Shown here in pieces: positions 37,707 to 46,397 of a DNA stretch of 58,965 nucleotides. Each line of letters starts with the position of its first letter. The first letter of the stretch is position 1. The notes beneath the pieces were generated by a model. That model was given only the letters and a program-made list of their open reading frames with translations, was not told the origin of the DNA and did not search any database. Source of the stretch: Candidatus Ryanbacteria bacterium RIFCSPHIGHO2_02_FULL_45_17b. GTDB taxonomy: Bacteria > Patescibacteriota > Minisyncoccia > Ryanbacterales > 2-02-FULL-48-12. The position numbers and the translations under genes are program-made. The stretch covers positions 67,847 through 126,811 of the forward strand of contig MHNO01000010.1 of NCBI GenBank assembly GCA_001819815.1. Direction: 5' to 3'.

Positions 37707-38456
37707 GTGAAACATCCACGGTGGGATTTGCAACCGGCAGTTACAAAATTGTTGCCTGAGCAGCAAGAGCATCTGATTGCAATGCTACAACAAGTGGGGT
37801 TTGAGAGAACAGGAAAGGACGTGTTTGAAGCTTTTTTCCCGATTTTGCCATTTGTGCCTTCTGAACAGGCGGTGGTAAAAGAAATTAACGGTGTGCGGCA
37901 CGTTCTGATGTGGCACCGCGATGACGTTTTTTATCGCGGGTATCATTTGCCGGGCGGGTACTTATTGCGTGGTGAGTCATATCTGGAGTGGTGTGGTCGG
38001 GTTTTAAAGAAAGAGACCGGACTTCTTATCAAGAAGGCTGAACTTATCCGTACATTTAACACCCGACCGGAAACCGGATGGGTGCCGAACCAACAGATAG
38101 CGCATTTCTTTCTGTGCACTGTTGAAGGGGAGCCGACACATGGTCAATTTTTCCCGATAACGCAAGTGCCTCAAAACACGCTTGGTCATCACAAAAAATA
38201 TGTAGAGGAATATTTGCGAGCGTTCTTTCTGCGGCGGGAAACTATGAGGCAAGGTGGAATCTGGAATGATGGTCTATACGTTGCTCCGGAATGGAACTGG
38301 CTTGTTGTTGCGAGTAATGAAAAATGGGAGAAGTCTGAGGTTGTTTTTGATACTTTGGACAAAGCTCTTGCTCAGGTAGATCTTCATAGACAAACCACCG
38401 GATTGGCAGTATTGTATGACGATCTTGGTCATGAGATAGTGCAGTCAGGCTACTAA
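37707..38456 (+). CDS. Nudix-fold protein with a degenerate Nudix box (RVLKKETGL)
   Basis: AGGAGG RBS and a GTG start. GGYLLRGESYLEWCGRVLKKETGL keeps the exact Gx5Ex7R-U-EE-G-U spacing, but two of the three catalytic Glu residues are replaced (RE to RV, EE to KE). Confidence 0.6.
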   Translation: MKHPRWDLQPAVTKLLPEQQEHLIAMLQQVGFERTGKDVFEAFFPILPFVPSEQAVVKEINGVRHVLMWHRDDVFYRGYHLPGGYLLRGESYLEWCGRVLKKETGLLIKKAELIRTFNTRPETGWVPNQQIAHFFLCTVEGEPTHGQFFPITQVPQNTLGHHKKYVEEYLRAFFLRRETMRQGGIWNDGLYVAPEWNWLVVASNEKWEKSEVVFDTLDKALAQVDLHRQTTGLAVLYDDLGHEIVQSGY

Positions 38457-38468
38457 ATAAAACGTAGC

Positions 38469-38496
38469 ACGGAACCACTCGCGGTTCCGTTTTTTA
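38469..38496 (+). terminator. Intrinsic terminator
   Basis: ACGGAACC (38469-38476) pairs with GGTTCCGT (38483-38490), followed by TTTTTT. Confidence 0.75.
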
Positions 38497-38514
38497 TTAC
38501 CTATGTAAGGAGCA

Positions 38515-38548
38515 GGCGACCCGACTGCCAATGGGCGGTCAGGTCGCC
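38515..38548 (+). promoter_or_regulatory. GC-rich 15-bp hairpin in the leader of the GT-C #3 operon
   Basis: GGCGACCCGACTGCC-AATG-GGCGGTCAGGTCGCC has one mismatch and one G-U. A downstream CCGCC+TTTTTT (38568-38578) could pair alternatively with GGCGG (38534-38538). Confidence 0.35.
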
Positions 38549-38589
38549 AAACACAGATTGAAAAACCGCCTTTTTTGTTGTAACGTTTA

Positions 38590-40026
38590 ATGAGTATGAA
38601 GAATCTTTTCATATTTTTTCAAAAGCACAAAATGGAAACAATATTATTTTCTGCGGCAGTTCTTTTGCGCGTGGGGGCGTTTCTATTGTTGTTCTCTCTT
38701 GCTTCTTCGTCATCCGGATTTCTTTTTTCTTCAGCCACCCATATGTACCCAAACATTGGCGCTGATTCTGGCGGATACATCGGTACCGCGCATGTGCTAT
38801 TGGAAGAAGGCAGGTTTGCTTCCCCTGGCGAATCGGATCCGCAAAGTTATTTGATGCCCGGGTATCCGTTGCTACTCGCGTTTATTTTTTTTCTCGGTGG
38901 CGGTTTACCAAGTGTGATAGTATTGCAGGCGGTGTTGGCGGGATTTTCCGCAGTGCTTATTTTTCGCATAGGAGCATTTATTGCGCCGAAGATTGGTTTT
39001 ATTGCCGCGTGGATATATGTGCTTGATCCTATTTCAATTTTTTATGCGACCACTATTCTTACGGAGACTTTTTTTATTTTTTTTACGCTTCTGTGTGTAT
39101 ACTTGTTTCTTCGTGCGCACAAAAGCGCGTGGTGGGAAATGGTCGTTGTCGGGTTTTTGTTGGGACTTTTGGTTTACATTCGACCGAATGCCATTGTGTT
39201 TCCAGCGGTGTTTATGGGTATAATGCTTGTGTGGAAAAATTCCTTATGGACATGGCGGCAGACAATTTTACGCGCTGTCGCGCTTGGGGCAACGGCTTTT
39301 TTGATTGTGTTTCCGTGGATGCTTCGTAATAAAATTCTTTTTGACACATGGGATCTTACGGCAGTAGCTACTATACAATGGTACATGTATAATGCACCGC
39401 TGTATTATGCATATACCCATGGCGGTACGCACAGCGAAGCGCTTGAAGTATTTCGCAGGCGCCTGTATGAAATAAATCCCTATCAAAGCGACCAAGGCAC
39501 GTTGCGTAACGCGCCGTACATGCGGGAAGTCGCGTTTGAATATTTGCGGAAAGACCCATTCGGATACGCGTGGTTCCATGTGGTAAAATCGGCTCCCTTT
39601 TTTGTATCTGATGGCTTGCGTGATATTGCCCGTCGTATGGCGCTTGTGGGGGAACAGCCAGATATCGGCAGTTTGATTCTTACTGGCAACATTCGTGGTG
39701 TTATTGTGTTTTTCTCGGAGCATATGCGCGCCGCGGTTCTTTTGGCGGTGGGAGTTATGTTTTGGAGTTTGATTACGTTAGGCATGCTTGGAGCGGTAGT
39801 AGCTGGCAGAGTGTTGCCAATCGCGGGCAAACGCACGTTATATACATGTATTGGTATTGTATTCATCACCATGTTGGTTGCCGCGGGTCCGAACGCAAAC
39901 GCGCGGTATCGTTTAAGTGTAAGTCCGTTTATGTTTATTGCGGCGTCATATGGGTTAGCGCACTTGCGAAAATGGATAAATTATCGTACAATAATTTCGC
40001 ATGAATCCGGTATATTGGAAACATAA
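38590..40026 (+). CDS. GT-C membrane glycosyltransferase #3 (ArnT/PMT_2-like)
   Basis: About 12 TM segments, an early loop [23 protein letters not shown] ... MPGYPLL, and YIRPNAIVF. Confidence 0.7.
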   Translation: MSMKNLFIFFQKHKMETILFSAAVLLRVGAFLLLFSLASSSSGFLFSSATHMYPNIGADSGGYIGTAHVLLEEGRFASPGESDPQSYLMPGYPLLLAFIFFLGGGLPSVIVLQAVLAGFSAVLIFRIGAFIAPKIGFIAAWIYVLDPISIFYATTILTETFFIFFTLLCVYLFLRAHKSAWWEMVVVGFLLGLLVYIRPNAIVFPAVFMGIMLVWKNSLWTWRQTILRAVALGATAFLIVFPWMLRNKILFDTWDLTAVATIQWYMYNAPLYYAYTHGGTHSEALEVFRRRLYEINPYQSDQGTLRNAPYMREVAFEYLRKDPFGYAWFHVVKSAPFFVSDGLRDIARRMALVGEQPDIGSLILTGNIRGVIVFFSEHMRAAVLLAVGVMFWSLITLGMLGAVVAGRVLPIAGKRTLYTCIGIVFITMLVAAGPNANARYRLSVSPFMFIAASYGLAHLRKWINYRTIISHESGILET

Positions 40027-40978
40027 AAATATATTTGTAACAGGTGCCACGGGGCTTTTGGGTTCGTGGCTCGTTAAGTTTTTGGTAGACGCGGAAGCAA
40101 ACGTAACAGTGCTTGTTCGCGACATTGTTCCCAAGTCAAACCTATATCATTCCGGATATATCAGTAAAGTAAATATGGTGCGCGGAGGACTTGAAGATTA
40201 CACAACCCTTGAACGCGCGCTGGGAGAATATGAAATTGACACCGTGTTTCACTTAGGCGCGCAAACTATCGTAGAAATTGCGAATCGAAACCCTTTGTCT
40301 ACGTTTGAGTCAAATATAAAAGGCACATGGAATGTGCTGGAGGCCGCGCGCCATAGTCCGCTCGTACGCAAAGTTATTACTGCTTCATCCGACAAAGCTT
40401 ATGGCATCCATGCGGAATTGCCGTACAGTGAAGAAGCGTCTTTGCGGGGCAACCACCCGTATGATGTTTCAAAAAGCGCGGCTGATTTGATTGCGCATAC
40501 CTATTTCAATACTTACAAATTACCGGTGGCGATAACACGGTGCGGTAATTTTTATGGCGGGGGGGATCTGAATTTCAACCGCATTGTGCCGGGCACGATT
40601 CGTTCCGTACTGCAGGGAACGCCGCCGGTGTTGCGTTCGGATGGCTCCATGATCCGCGATTATTTTTATATTGAAGATGCCGCGCATGCGTATCTTGCGC
40701 TTGCTGAAAATATGGATGATGAGCGTATTCATGGGCACGCGTTTAATTTTAGCAATGAAAATCAAGTTACCGTATTGGAATTGACGCAAAAAATATTGGC
40801 CGCCATGGGCAGTAATTTACAGCCGCAAATTCTTGCAACCGCAGTGCATGAGATTCCTCACCAATATCTTTCAGCCGCAAAGGCGCGCGAGATGCTCGGG
40901 TGGCAGCCGCGTTTTACGTTGGATGAAGGCCTTGGAAAAACGATAGCATGGTACAAAGATTTTTTTGGGAAAAAATGA
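40001..40978 (+). CDS. rfbG: CDP-glucose 4,6-dehydratase-like SDR
   Basis: [31 protein letters not shown] and [10 protein letters not shown]. rfbF and a 3-dehydratase lie in the same region. Confidence 0.65.
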   Translation: MNPVYWKHKNIFVTGATGLLGSWLVKFLVDAEANVTVLVRDIVPKSNLYHSGYISKVNMVRGGLEDYTTLERALGEYEIDTVFHLGAQTIVEIANRNPLSTFESNIKGTWNVLEAARHSPLVRKVITASSDKAYGIHAELPYSEEASLRGNHPYDVSKSAADLIAHTYFNTYKLPVAITRCGNFYGGGDLNFNRIVPGTIRSVLQGTPPVLRSDGSMIRDYFYIEDAAHAYLALAENMDDERIHGHAFNFSNENQVTVLELTQKILAAMGSNLQPQILATAVHEIPHQYLSAAKAREMLGWQPRFTLDEGLGKTIAWYKDFFGKK

Positions 40979-40988
40979 AATCTGAAAT

Positions 40989-41930
40989 ATGACTAAAATT
41001 TTAGTAACAGGAGCAACAGGATTTGTTGGCGCTAATTTAGTACATCGGCTTGTGGCAAAAAAGGCCGACGTATATTGTATGGTCCGGCCAAAGTCTGACA
41101 TGTGGCGTCTTAAGGGGGTTTTGGGGCGTTTAGCCGTGCACAAGGCGGATCTCGCGGACGCGCGCGCGGTGAAGCGTGTTGTGCGGAATGTGCGGCCTGA
41201 CGTTGTGTATCATGCCGCCGCGCATGGTCTTTTTCTTAAGCAGGAAGAAGCCGAGCAAATGGCGGCGTCGAATGTTTTGGGAACAGTAAATCTTTTAGAG
41301 GCGCTCCATCACACGGGAACAGTGCGGCGTATTGTAAACATAGGAAGTTTTGCGGAATATAATCCGGACGAACTTTATATCAGCGAGAATTCCCCGTTGT
41401 GTCCGTCAAATGCATATGGTGCGTCAAAGGCATCACAGAGTTTTTTCGCACAGTACTATGCACGTTGTTACAAGATGCCTATTGTGATCATGCGGCCGAC
41501 TCTCATATATGGCCCGTACGAGGAAGCGCGGCGTTTGGTACCCGCGTCTATTTTAGCGCAATTGCGCGTCGTTCCTCTTAAGCTTTCTTCCCCAAAACCG
41601 CGAAAAGATTTTCTTTTCATCGAAGATGCGCTCGATGCGTTCGAATTGGCGGTTCGGCGCGATATTGCGCCGGGCGAGATATTTAACATCGGCTTGGGTA
41701 AAGAATACTCAATTCAAGAAGTTGTTTCTGCGATTCAGCATTGTACAAAGGTTTCCGTTCCGCTTCAGTGGGGATTGCTTGAAGGGCGTCCGTGGGATTC
41801 CCCGCAGAAGCATACCTATGATATATCAAAAGCGAAACGGCTGTTGGGTTGGCGTCCCTCGCACACGCTGGAAGACGGGTTACTGAAAACCATCCGATGG
41901 TTTAAGAAATATCACGCATTATATCCATGA
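40989..41930 (+). CDS. NAD-dependent epimerase/dehydratase family SDR (candidate 4-ketoreductase/epimerase)
   Basis: VTGATGFVGANLV, and YGASKAS (YxxxK). Confidence 0.7.
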   Translation: MTKILVTGATGFVGANLVHRLVAKKADVYCMVRPKSDMWRLKGVLGRLAVHKADLADARAVKRVVRNVRPDVVYHAAAHGLFLKQEEAEQMAASNVLGTVNLLEALHHTGTVRRIVNIGSFAEYNPDELYISENSPLCPSNAYGASKASQSFFAQYYARCYKMPIVIMRPTLIYGPYEEARRLVPASILAQLRVVPLKLSSPKPRKDFLFIEDALDAFELAVRRDIAPGEIFNIGLGKEYSIQEVVSAIQHCTKVSVPLQWGLLEGRPWDSPQKHTYDISKAKRLLGWRPSHTLEDGLLKTIRWFKKYHALYP

Positions 41931-42877
41931 ACAGCCATCTTACAAATAAACGCATATCAGTTGTCATCCCGTGTTATAATGAAGCGGAGAATATTCTGGT
42001 AATGCACGAACGCCTTACGAAGGTGCTGGAGCGCATAACGCCGGAACGAGAAATAATTTATGTTGATAACGCGAGCACGGATAACTCAGAAGCTTTGTAT
42101 AAACAACTTTGCCAAAAGGATCATACTGTATCTGCTATTCTAATGTCTCGGAACTTCGGCAATTCCGATACTTCTTATACCGCGGGTACGGAATACGCAT
42201 CAGGGGACGCGGTGGTATGGATAGATGGCGATATTCAAGACCCGCCCGATCTCATTTTAGAATTTGTAAAAAAATGGCAGGAAGGATATGATGTGGTATA
42301 TGGCGTGCGGAGCAAGCGGAAAGTGGGGCTTTTGCTTGGCTGGGCTTACAATACGTTCTATAAATTATTCAACCGGTATTCCTATATTCGCATGCCTCTG
42401 TACGCGGGAGATTTTTGCCTTATTGACAGGAAAGTTGTTAATATATTGAATACATTTCCCGAGCGTGACCGTTTTTTGCGGGGGCTTCGCGCATGGGCGG
42501 GCTTTCGCCAAACTGGCATAGAATATGTGCGGGAAGAACGCAAGGGAGGCCGGACTACGCAGAATTTTGGCAAATATTTTTATGCGGCAAAAAAGGGTAT
42601 TATCTCGTTCTCATACGCGCCGCTCGCGCTTATTTCCAATATTGCGTTAATCGCCATGGTACTGTCTCTTATTGCCATAGTGGCGTTTCCCGCGCTTGCG
42701 ATATTTTTTCCGGCCCCGCGCGGGTTTCTAACGATCATTGTCGTTATGCTGTGTTTGGGCAGTGTGCAATTTTTTATTCTTGCGATTTTGGGAGAATACC
42801 TGGGGCGCGTATTCGAAGAAGTAAAACAACGGCCCAAATATATTATTCGGGAAATTCTTAATGATCGTCACGCGTAA
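41927..42877 (+). CDS. GtrB/ArnC-type polyprenyl-phosphate glycosyltransferase (GT2 with two C-terminal TM segments)
   Basis: ISVVIPCYNEAENI, VDNASTDNS, DGDIQDPP, KKWQEGYDVVYGVR, and two C-terminal TM helices. Confidence 0.8.
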   Translation: MNSHLTNKRISVVIPCYNEAENILVMHERLTKVLERITPEREIIYVDNASTDNSEALYKQLCQKDHTVSAILMSRNFGNSDTSYTAGTEYASGDAVVWIDGDIQDPPDLILEFVKKWQEGYDVVYGVRSKRKVGLLLGWAYNTFYKLFNRYSYIRMPLYAGDFCLIDRKVVNILNTFPERDRFLRGLRAWAGFRQTGIEYVREERKGGRTTQNFGKYFYAAKKGIISFSYAPLALISNIALIAMVLSLIAIVAFPALAIFFPAPRGFLTIIVVMLCLGSVQFFILAILGEYLGRVFEEVKQRPKYIIREILNDRHA

Positions 42878-42915
42878 AATTATTTTATAAATTTTAAAAA
42901 TATTAAAATCAGCAC

Positions 42916-44115
42916 ATGCGAATACCTTACGCACAATCAGTTCATGGCAAAAAAGAAATAAACGCGGTTATTGAGGTGCTTCGCGGTAATACGGCCGTGG
43001 GAGCTCATACTGCGGAGTTTGAGCGGCGCATTGCGCGCTTGTTCGGCAAAAAGTATGGCATTATGGTCAACTCCGGTTCATCAGCGAACATGCTTGCCGT
43101 GGAATTGATGAATTTGCCGGAATGGTCCGAAGTCATAACGCCGCTTCTTACGTTTAGCACGGTAGTGGGACCGCTTGTCCAAAAACGCCTGATGCCCGTC
43201 TTTGTGGACGTTGTGCCGGGCACGTATCTTTTGGATATAGACCAAGTGGAAAAAGCTATTACAAAAAAAACACGGGCGCTCATGGTGCCCTCGCTTCTTG
43301 GAAATGTCCCCGATCTTATGCGTTTGCGGCGGATTGCGGATGCCCACAAGCTGATTCTTGTGGAAGATTCTTGTGACACATTGGGCGCTACTATAGGCGG
43401 GAAGCCAACGGGAAAATACTCCGATATTACCACCACAAGTTTTTACGGCTCGCATATTATTAACGGCGCGGGCGGCGGCGGTATGATAATGGTGCATGAC
43501 AAGCACATGGCTGGCCGCGCGCAGGTATTACGCGGATGGGGGCGGGCATCGTCTCTTTTGGGTGAATCAAAAGCGTCAGAGAATTTAGTAAAACGGTTCC
43601 AAACAAACGTGGACGGCGTTCCGTATGACGCAAAGTTTGTGTTCAGTGAAATGGGATATAATTTTTTGCCGCTTGAATTAAGCGCGGCATTCGGGCTTGT
43701 ACAGCTTGGCCGCCTGCCGAAGTTTACGGAGACGCGCGGTAAAAATTTTAAGCGGCTTTATTCATTTTTTGACCAGTATCAGAAATTTTTTGTGCTTCCC
43801 GAAACTACGCCGGGCGTTTCGACAAATTGGCTCGCGTTTCCGCTTACGATCCATGATGGCGCTCCATTTTCGCGGCAGGAAATTGCTTCCTATCTGGAAA
43901 AAAATGAAATTCAGACCCGCCCTGTTTTTACCGGAAACATTCTCCGTCAACCCGCGTTTCGGACCATTATGCACCGGAAAGCGGTACAGGAGTATCCGGC
44001 AACGGAACATGTCATGCGCGGCGGGTTTGTGGTGGGGTGCCATCAAGGGCTTACGAAAGGGCAGTTGGATTATATGGAAGAAGTGTTTAGGAAGTTTCTG
44101 AAAAAATATTCATAA
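42916..44115 (+). CDS. DegT/RfbH family sugar 3-dehydratase (ColD/E1-type)
   Basis: TTSFYGSHIINGAGGGG has His where aminotransferases carry the PLP-binding Lys. The RGWGR motif is present, but the Cys-rich Fe-S segment of Yersinia E1 is replaced by ASSLLGESKASENLVKRF. Confidence 0.65.
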   Translation: MRIPYAQSVHGKKEINAVIEVLRGNTAVGAHTAEFERRIARLFGKKYGIMVNSGSSANMLAVELMNLPEWSEVITPLLTFSTVVGPLVQKRLMPVFVDVVPGTYLLDIDQVEKAITKKTRALMVPSLLGNVPDLMRLRRIADAHKLILVEDSCDTLGATIGGKPTGKYSDITTTSFYGSHIINGAGGGGMIMVHDKHMAGRAQVLRGWGRASSLLGESKASENLVKRFQTNVDGVPYDAKFVFSEMGYNFLPLELSAAFGLVQLGRLPKFTETRGKNFKRLYSFFDQYQKFFVLPETTPGVSTNWLAFPLTIHDGAPFSRQEIASYLEKNEIQTRPVFTGNILRQPAFRTIMHRKAVQEYPATEHVMRGGFVVGCHQGLTKGQLDYMEEVFRKFLKKYS

Positions 44116-45056
44116 TGCCCTATCTTGTCGAGAAAAAATTATCTGTCGTCATCCCATGTTACAACGAGGAATCAAACATTCTGGAATTATACGCGCGGCT
44201 TTCAAAAGCGTTTCAGGAAATTACTCCGCAATATGAATTCATATTTGTTGACAATAACAGCCATGATAACACACGCGGCATCTTGCGGGAATTGGCGCAA
44301 AAAGACAATTGTGTAAAGGTGATTCTATTTGCGAGGAATTATGGTATTTCTCAGCATGGCATATCAGCCGGAACGGAATATGCATCGGGGGAGGCGGTGA
44401 TTTGGATGGAAGCTGATTTACAAGACTCACCCGAGATTATTGCCGAATTTGTAAAAAAGTGGCAGGAGGGGTATGACGTGGTATACGGCGTGCGGGCGCG
44501 TTTGACAGGAACACTACTATCCCGATTTTTCCGGAAATTATTTTACCGATCGTTTCATAAGCTTTCTTATCTTGATATTCCGTTTGACGCGGGAGATTTC
44601 TCTCTCTTGGACCGTAAGGTAGTCACTGCGTTTAATGCCATGCCGGAGCGGGTGCGGCTGGTGCGCGGTATGCGCGCGTGGCTGGGGTTTCGGCATACCG
44701 GCATTCCCTATGAGCGCAAAGAGCGCAGGCGCGGCGCAACTTCAAACTCAAGTTTTTCCAAGAATTTTTGGTGGGCGAAAAAATTTATTTTTTCATTCTC
44801 AGAAGCTCCCTTTGCGTTTATAACGCGTGTTGCGGTGTGGCTCGTCGTTCTTTTACCTTTTGTGATTGCCGCATTGCTTATGCTTGCGTATCTTAAAACT
44901 ATTTCATGGTTTGCCGCCCTTGTGTCGGCTGCCGCCGCGTGTATTTTGGTGCTTCAGACTACCGCCTTATCCTTTTTAGGCGAATCAATCAGTATTATAT
45001 TTGATGAGGTAAAACAGCGCCCCAAGTATGTGATCGAGGAAAAAATAAATTTTTGA
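44115..45056 (+). CDS. GtrB/ArnC-type polyprenyl-phosphate glycosyltransferase, paralog of the 41927-42877 product
   Basis: LSVVIPCYNEESNI, VDNNSHDNT, EADLQDSP, KKWQEGYDVVYGVR, and two C-terminal TM helices. Confidence 0.8.
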   Translation: MPYLVEKKLSVVIPCYNEESNILELYARLSKAFQEITPQYEFIFVDNNSHDNTRGILRELAQKDNCVKVILFARNYGISQHGISAGTEYASGEAVIWMEADLQDSPEIIAEFVKKWQEGYDVVYGVRARLTGTLLSRFFRKLFYRSFHKLSYLDIPFDAGDFSLLDRKVVTAFNAMPERVRLVRGMRAWLGFRHTGIPYERKERRRGATSNSSFSKNFWWAKKFIFSFSEAPFAFITRVAVWLVVLLPFVIAALLMLAYLKTISWFAALVSAAAACILVLQTTALSFLGESISIIFDEVKQRPKYVIEEKINF

Positions 45057-45148
45057 TTTCTCTTAGAAGAGAAAATCATTCCGAGCGTAGCTGAGGGATT
45101 ACCTTCACGCCCTGCGTTCTTGGCGCAGAGTAGTTTTTCTAATACCAT

Positions 45149-45324
45149 GAATTACGAAACACGCCATCATCTGATGACCACCACACGAATTGATAATGAG
45201 TTAAACAAGATGTGTAACGTCTTGCGATGACCCAATTTAGTCATCGCAAGACGTTATATTGTGCTTACGTATGTAAATCGATGGGAGGTCATCAGATGAG
45301 AGGAATACATGTGTTTCGTAATTC
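45149..45324. mobile_element. MITE-like palindromic element, 176 bp; its right half is copy B of the repeat at 1-67
   Basis: Terminal IR: GAATTACGAAACAC (45149-45162) and GTGTTTCGTAATTC (45311-45324). Subterminal IR block: TCATCTGATGACC. Central perfect 16-bp hairpin: AACGTCTTGCGATGAC (45216-45231) and GTCATCGCAAGACGTT (45240-45255). It sits in the largest gap of an otherwise tightly packed operon array. Confidence 0.6.
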
Positions 45325-45521
45325 AAAGTAATAGAAGTTGCATAAGTTCACATGCATATATGCGCTTGGACAAATTTCTCCCCTTCGTTTTATGATAGCT
45401 ACATTACCAGTAGCAGAGTGCCATATGTGGCGGACGGATACAAGAATTTGCCAATTGAGGTAAAAAATGGTACTCTTTTGGTGAAAGAAGTGCTTGTTTG
45501 TCTTTCATAGTATTGCATGGC

Positions 45522-46397
45522 ATGAACCGAAAAAAGATACAATGTGGCATTATTGGAACAGGCAATATCGGTATGGACCTGTTGTTTAAGGTGCGGCGGT
45601 CAGAATTGCTGGCATGCAGTATATTTACGGGGCGCGATCCGGAATCAAAAGGGATCCAGAAAGCGAAAGAAATAGGCATCAGAACGTCTGTTAATTCAAT
45701 CCAGGCCATTCTTGATGAGCCGGATATCTGCGAAATTGTTTTTGATACAACATCAGCAAAAGCGCACGCCATACACGCGCCCATCTTAAAGAAATTGGGC
45801 AAGTTTGTAATTGATTTAACTCCTTCCCGATTCGGCAAAATGTGCGTTCCTGTTATTGATCTTGAAGATGGCTTGCATTCCGAAAATATCAACATGGTTA
45901 CGTGCGGCGGCCAGGCAATAGCGCCTTTGGCAAAGGCGCTCATGGAAATTCATCCTGAAATAGAATATATAGAACTTGTTGCGGCAATTTCTTCCAAATC
46001 GGCCGGTTCCGGCACGCGCGCAAACATTGATGAATACACGCAGACAACAAAAGATGCTATTGAATATTATTCAGGGGTGCCTCGCGCAAAAGCGCTCATC
46101 ATTTTAAATCCCGCGGAACCTCCCATTCGCATGCATAATACCATGTATGCCGAAATTACTAATCCCAAGCTGGAAGAAATTATAAGAAAGGTTGCGGAGG
46201 TTGCCGCTCATATAAAAAAATATGTGCCGGGATATACGCTTGCTTTGGAGCCAACCTATGAGAATGGCCGCCTGACTATCATGGTAGAAGTCGAGGGCCA
46301 GGGAGATTATTTGCCCGCGTATTCCGGAAATTTAGATATTATTACTTCTGCGGCAGTTCGGGTTGCCGAAGAATACGCGAGAAAAAAATATGAATAA
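45522..46397 (+). CDS. Acetaldehyde dehydrogenase (acetylating), DmpF/MhpF-like
   Basis: GIIGTGNIGMDL, catalytic Cys in NMVTCGGQA, SAGSGTRANIDEYT, and ILNPAEPP. Confidence 0.85.
   Translation: MNRKKIQCGIIGTGNIGMDLLFKVRRSELLACSIFTGRDPESKGIQKAKEIGIRTSVNSIQAILDEPDICEIVFDTTSAKAHAIHAPILKKLGKFVIDLTPSRFGKMCVPVIDLEDGLHSENINMVTCGGQAIAPLAKALMEIHPEIEYIELVAAISSKSAGSGTRANIDEYTQTTKDAIEYYSGVPRAKALIILNPAEPPIRMHNTMYAEITNPKLEEIIRKVAEVAAHIKKYVPGYTLALEPTYENGRLTIMVEVEGQGDYLPAYSGNLDIITSAAVRVAEEYARKKYE

Noticed and set aside
45166-45185. The CUGAUGA box inside the repeat (also on the reverse strand of 30-40 and 45285-45295), together with a nearby CGAAAC, suggested a hammerhead ribozyme.
   Set aside because: Only about 18 nt separate GAAAC from CUGAUGA. 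No helices I, II or III can be drawn in any of the three circular permutations, and there is no GUH cleavage-site context.
45404-45943. A 179-aa minus-strand ORF.
   Set aside because: It is antisense to the DmpF-like gene, which carries the catalytic-Cys and NAD-binding motifs.
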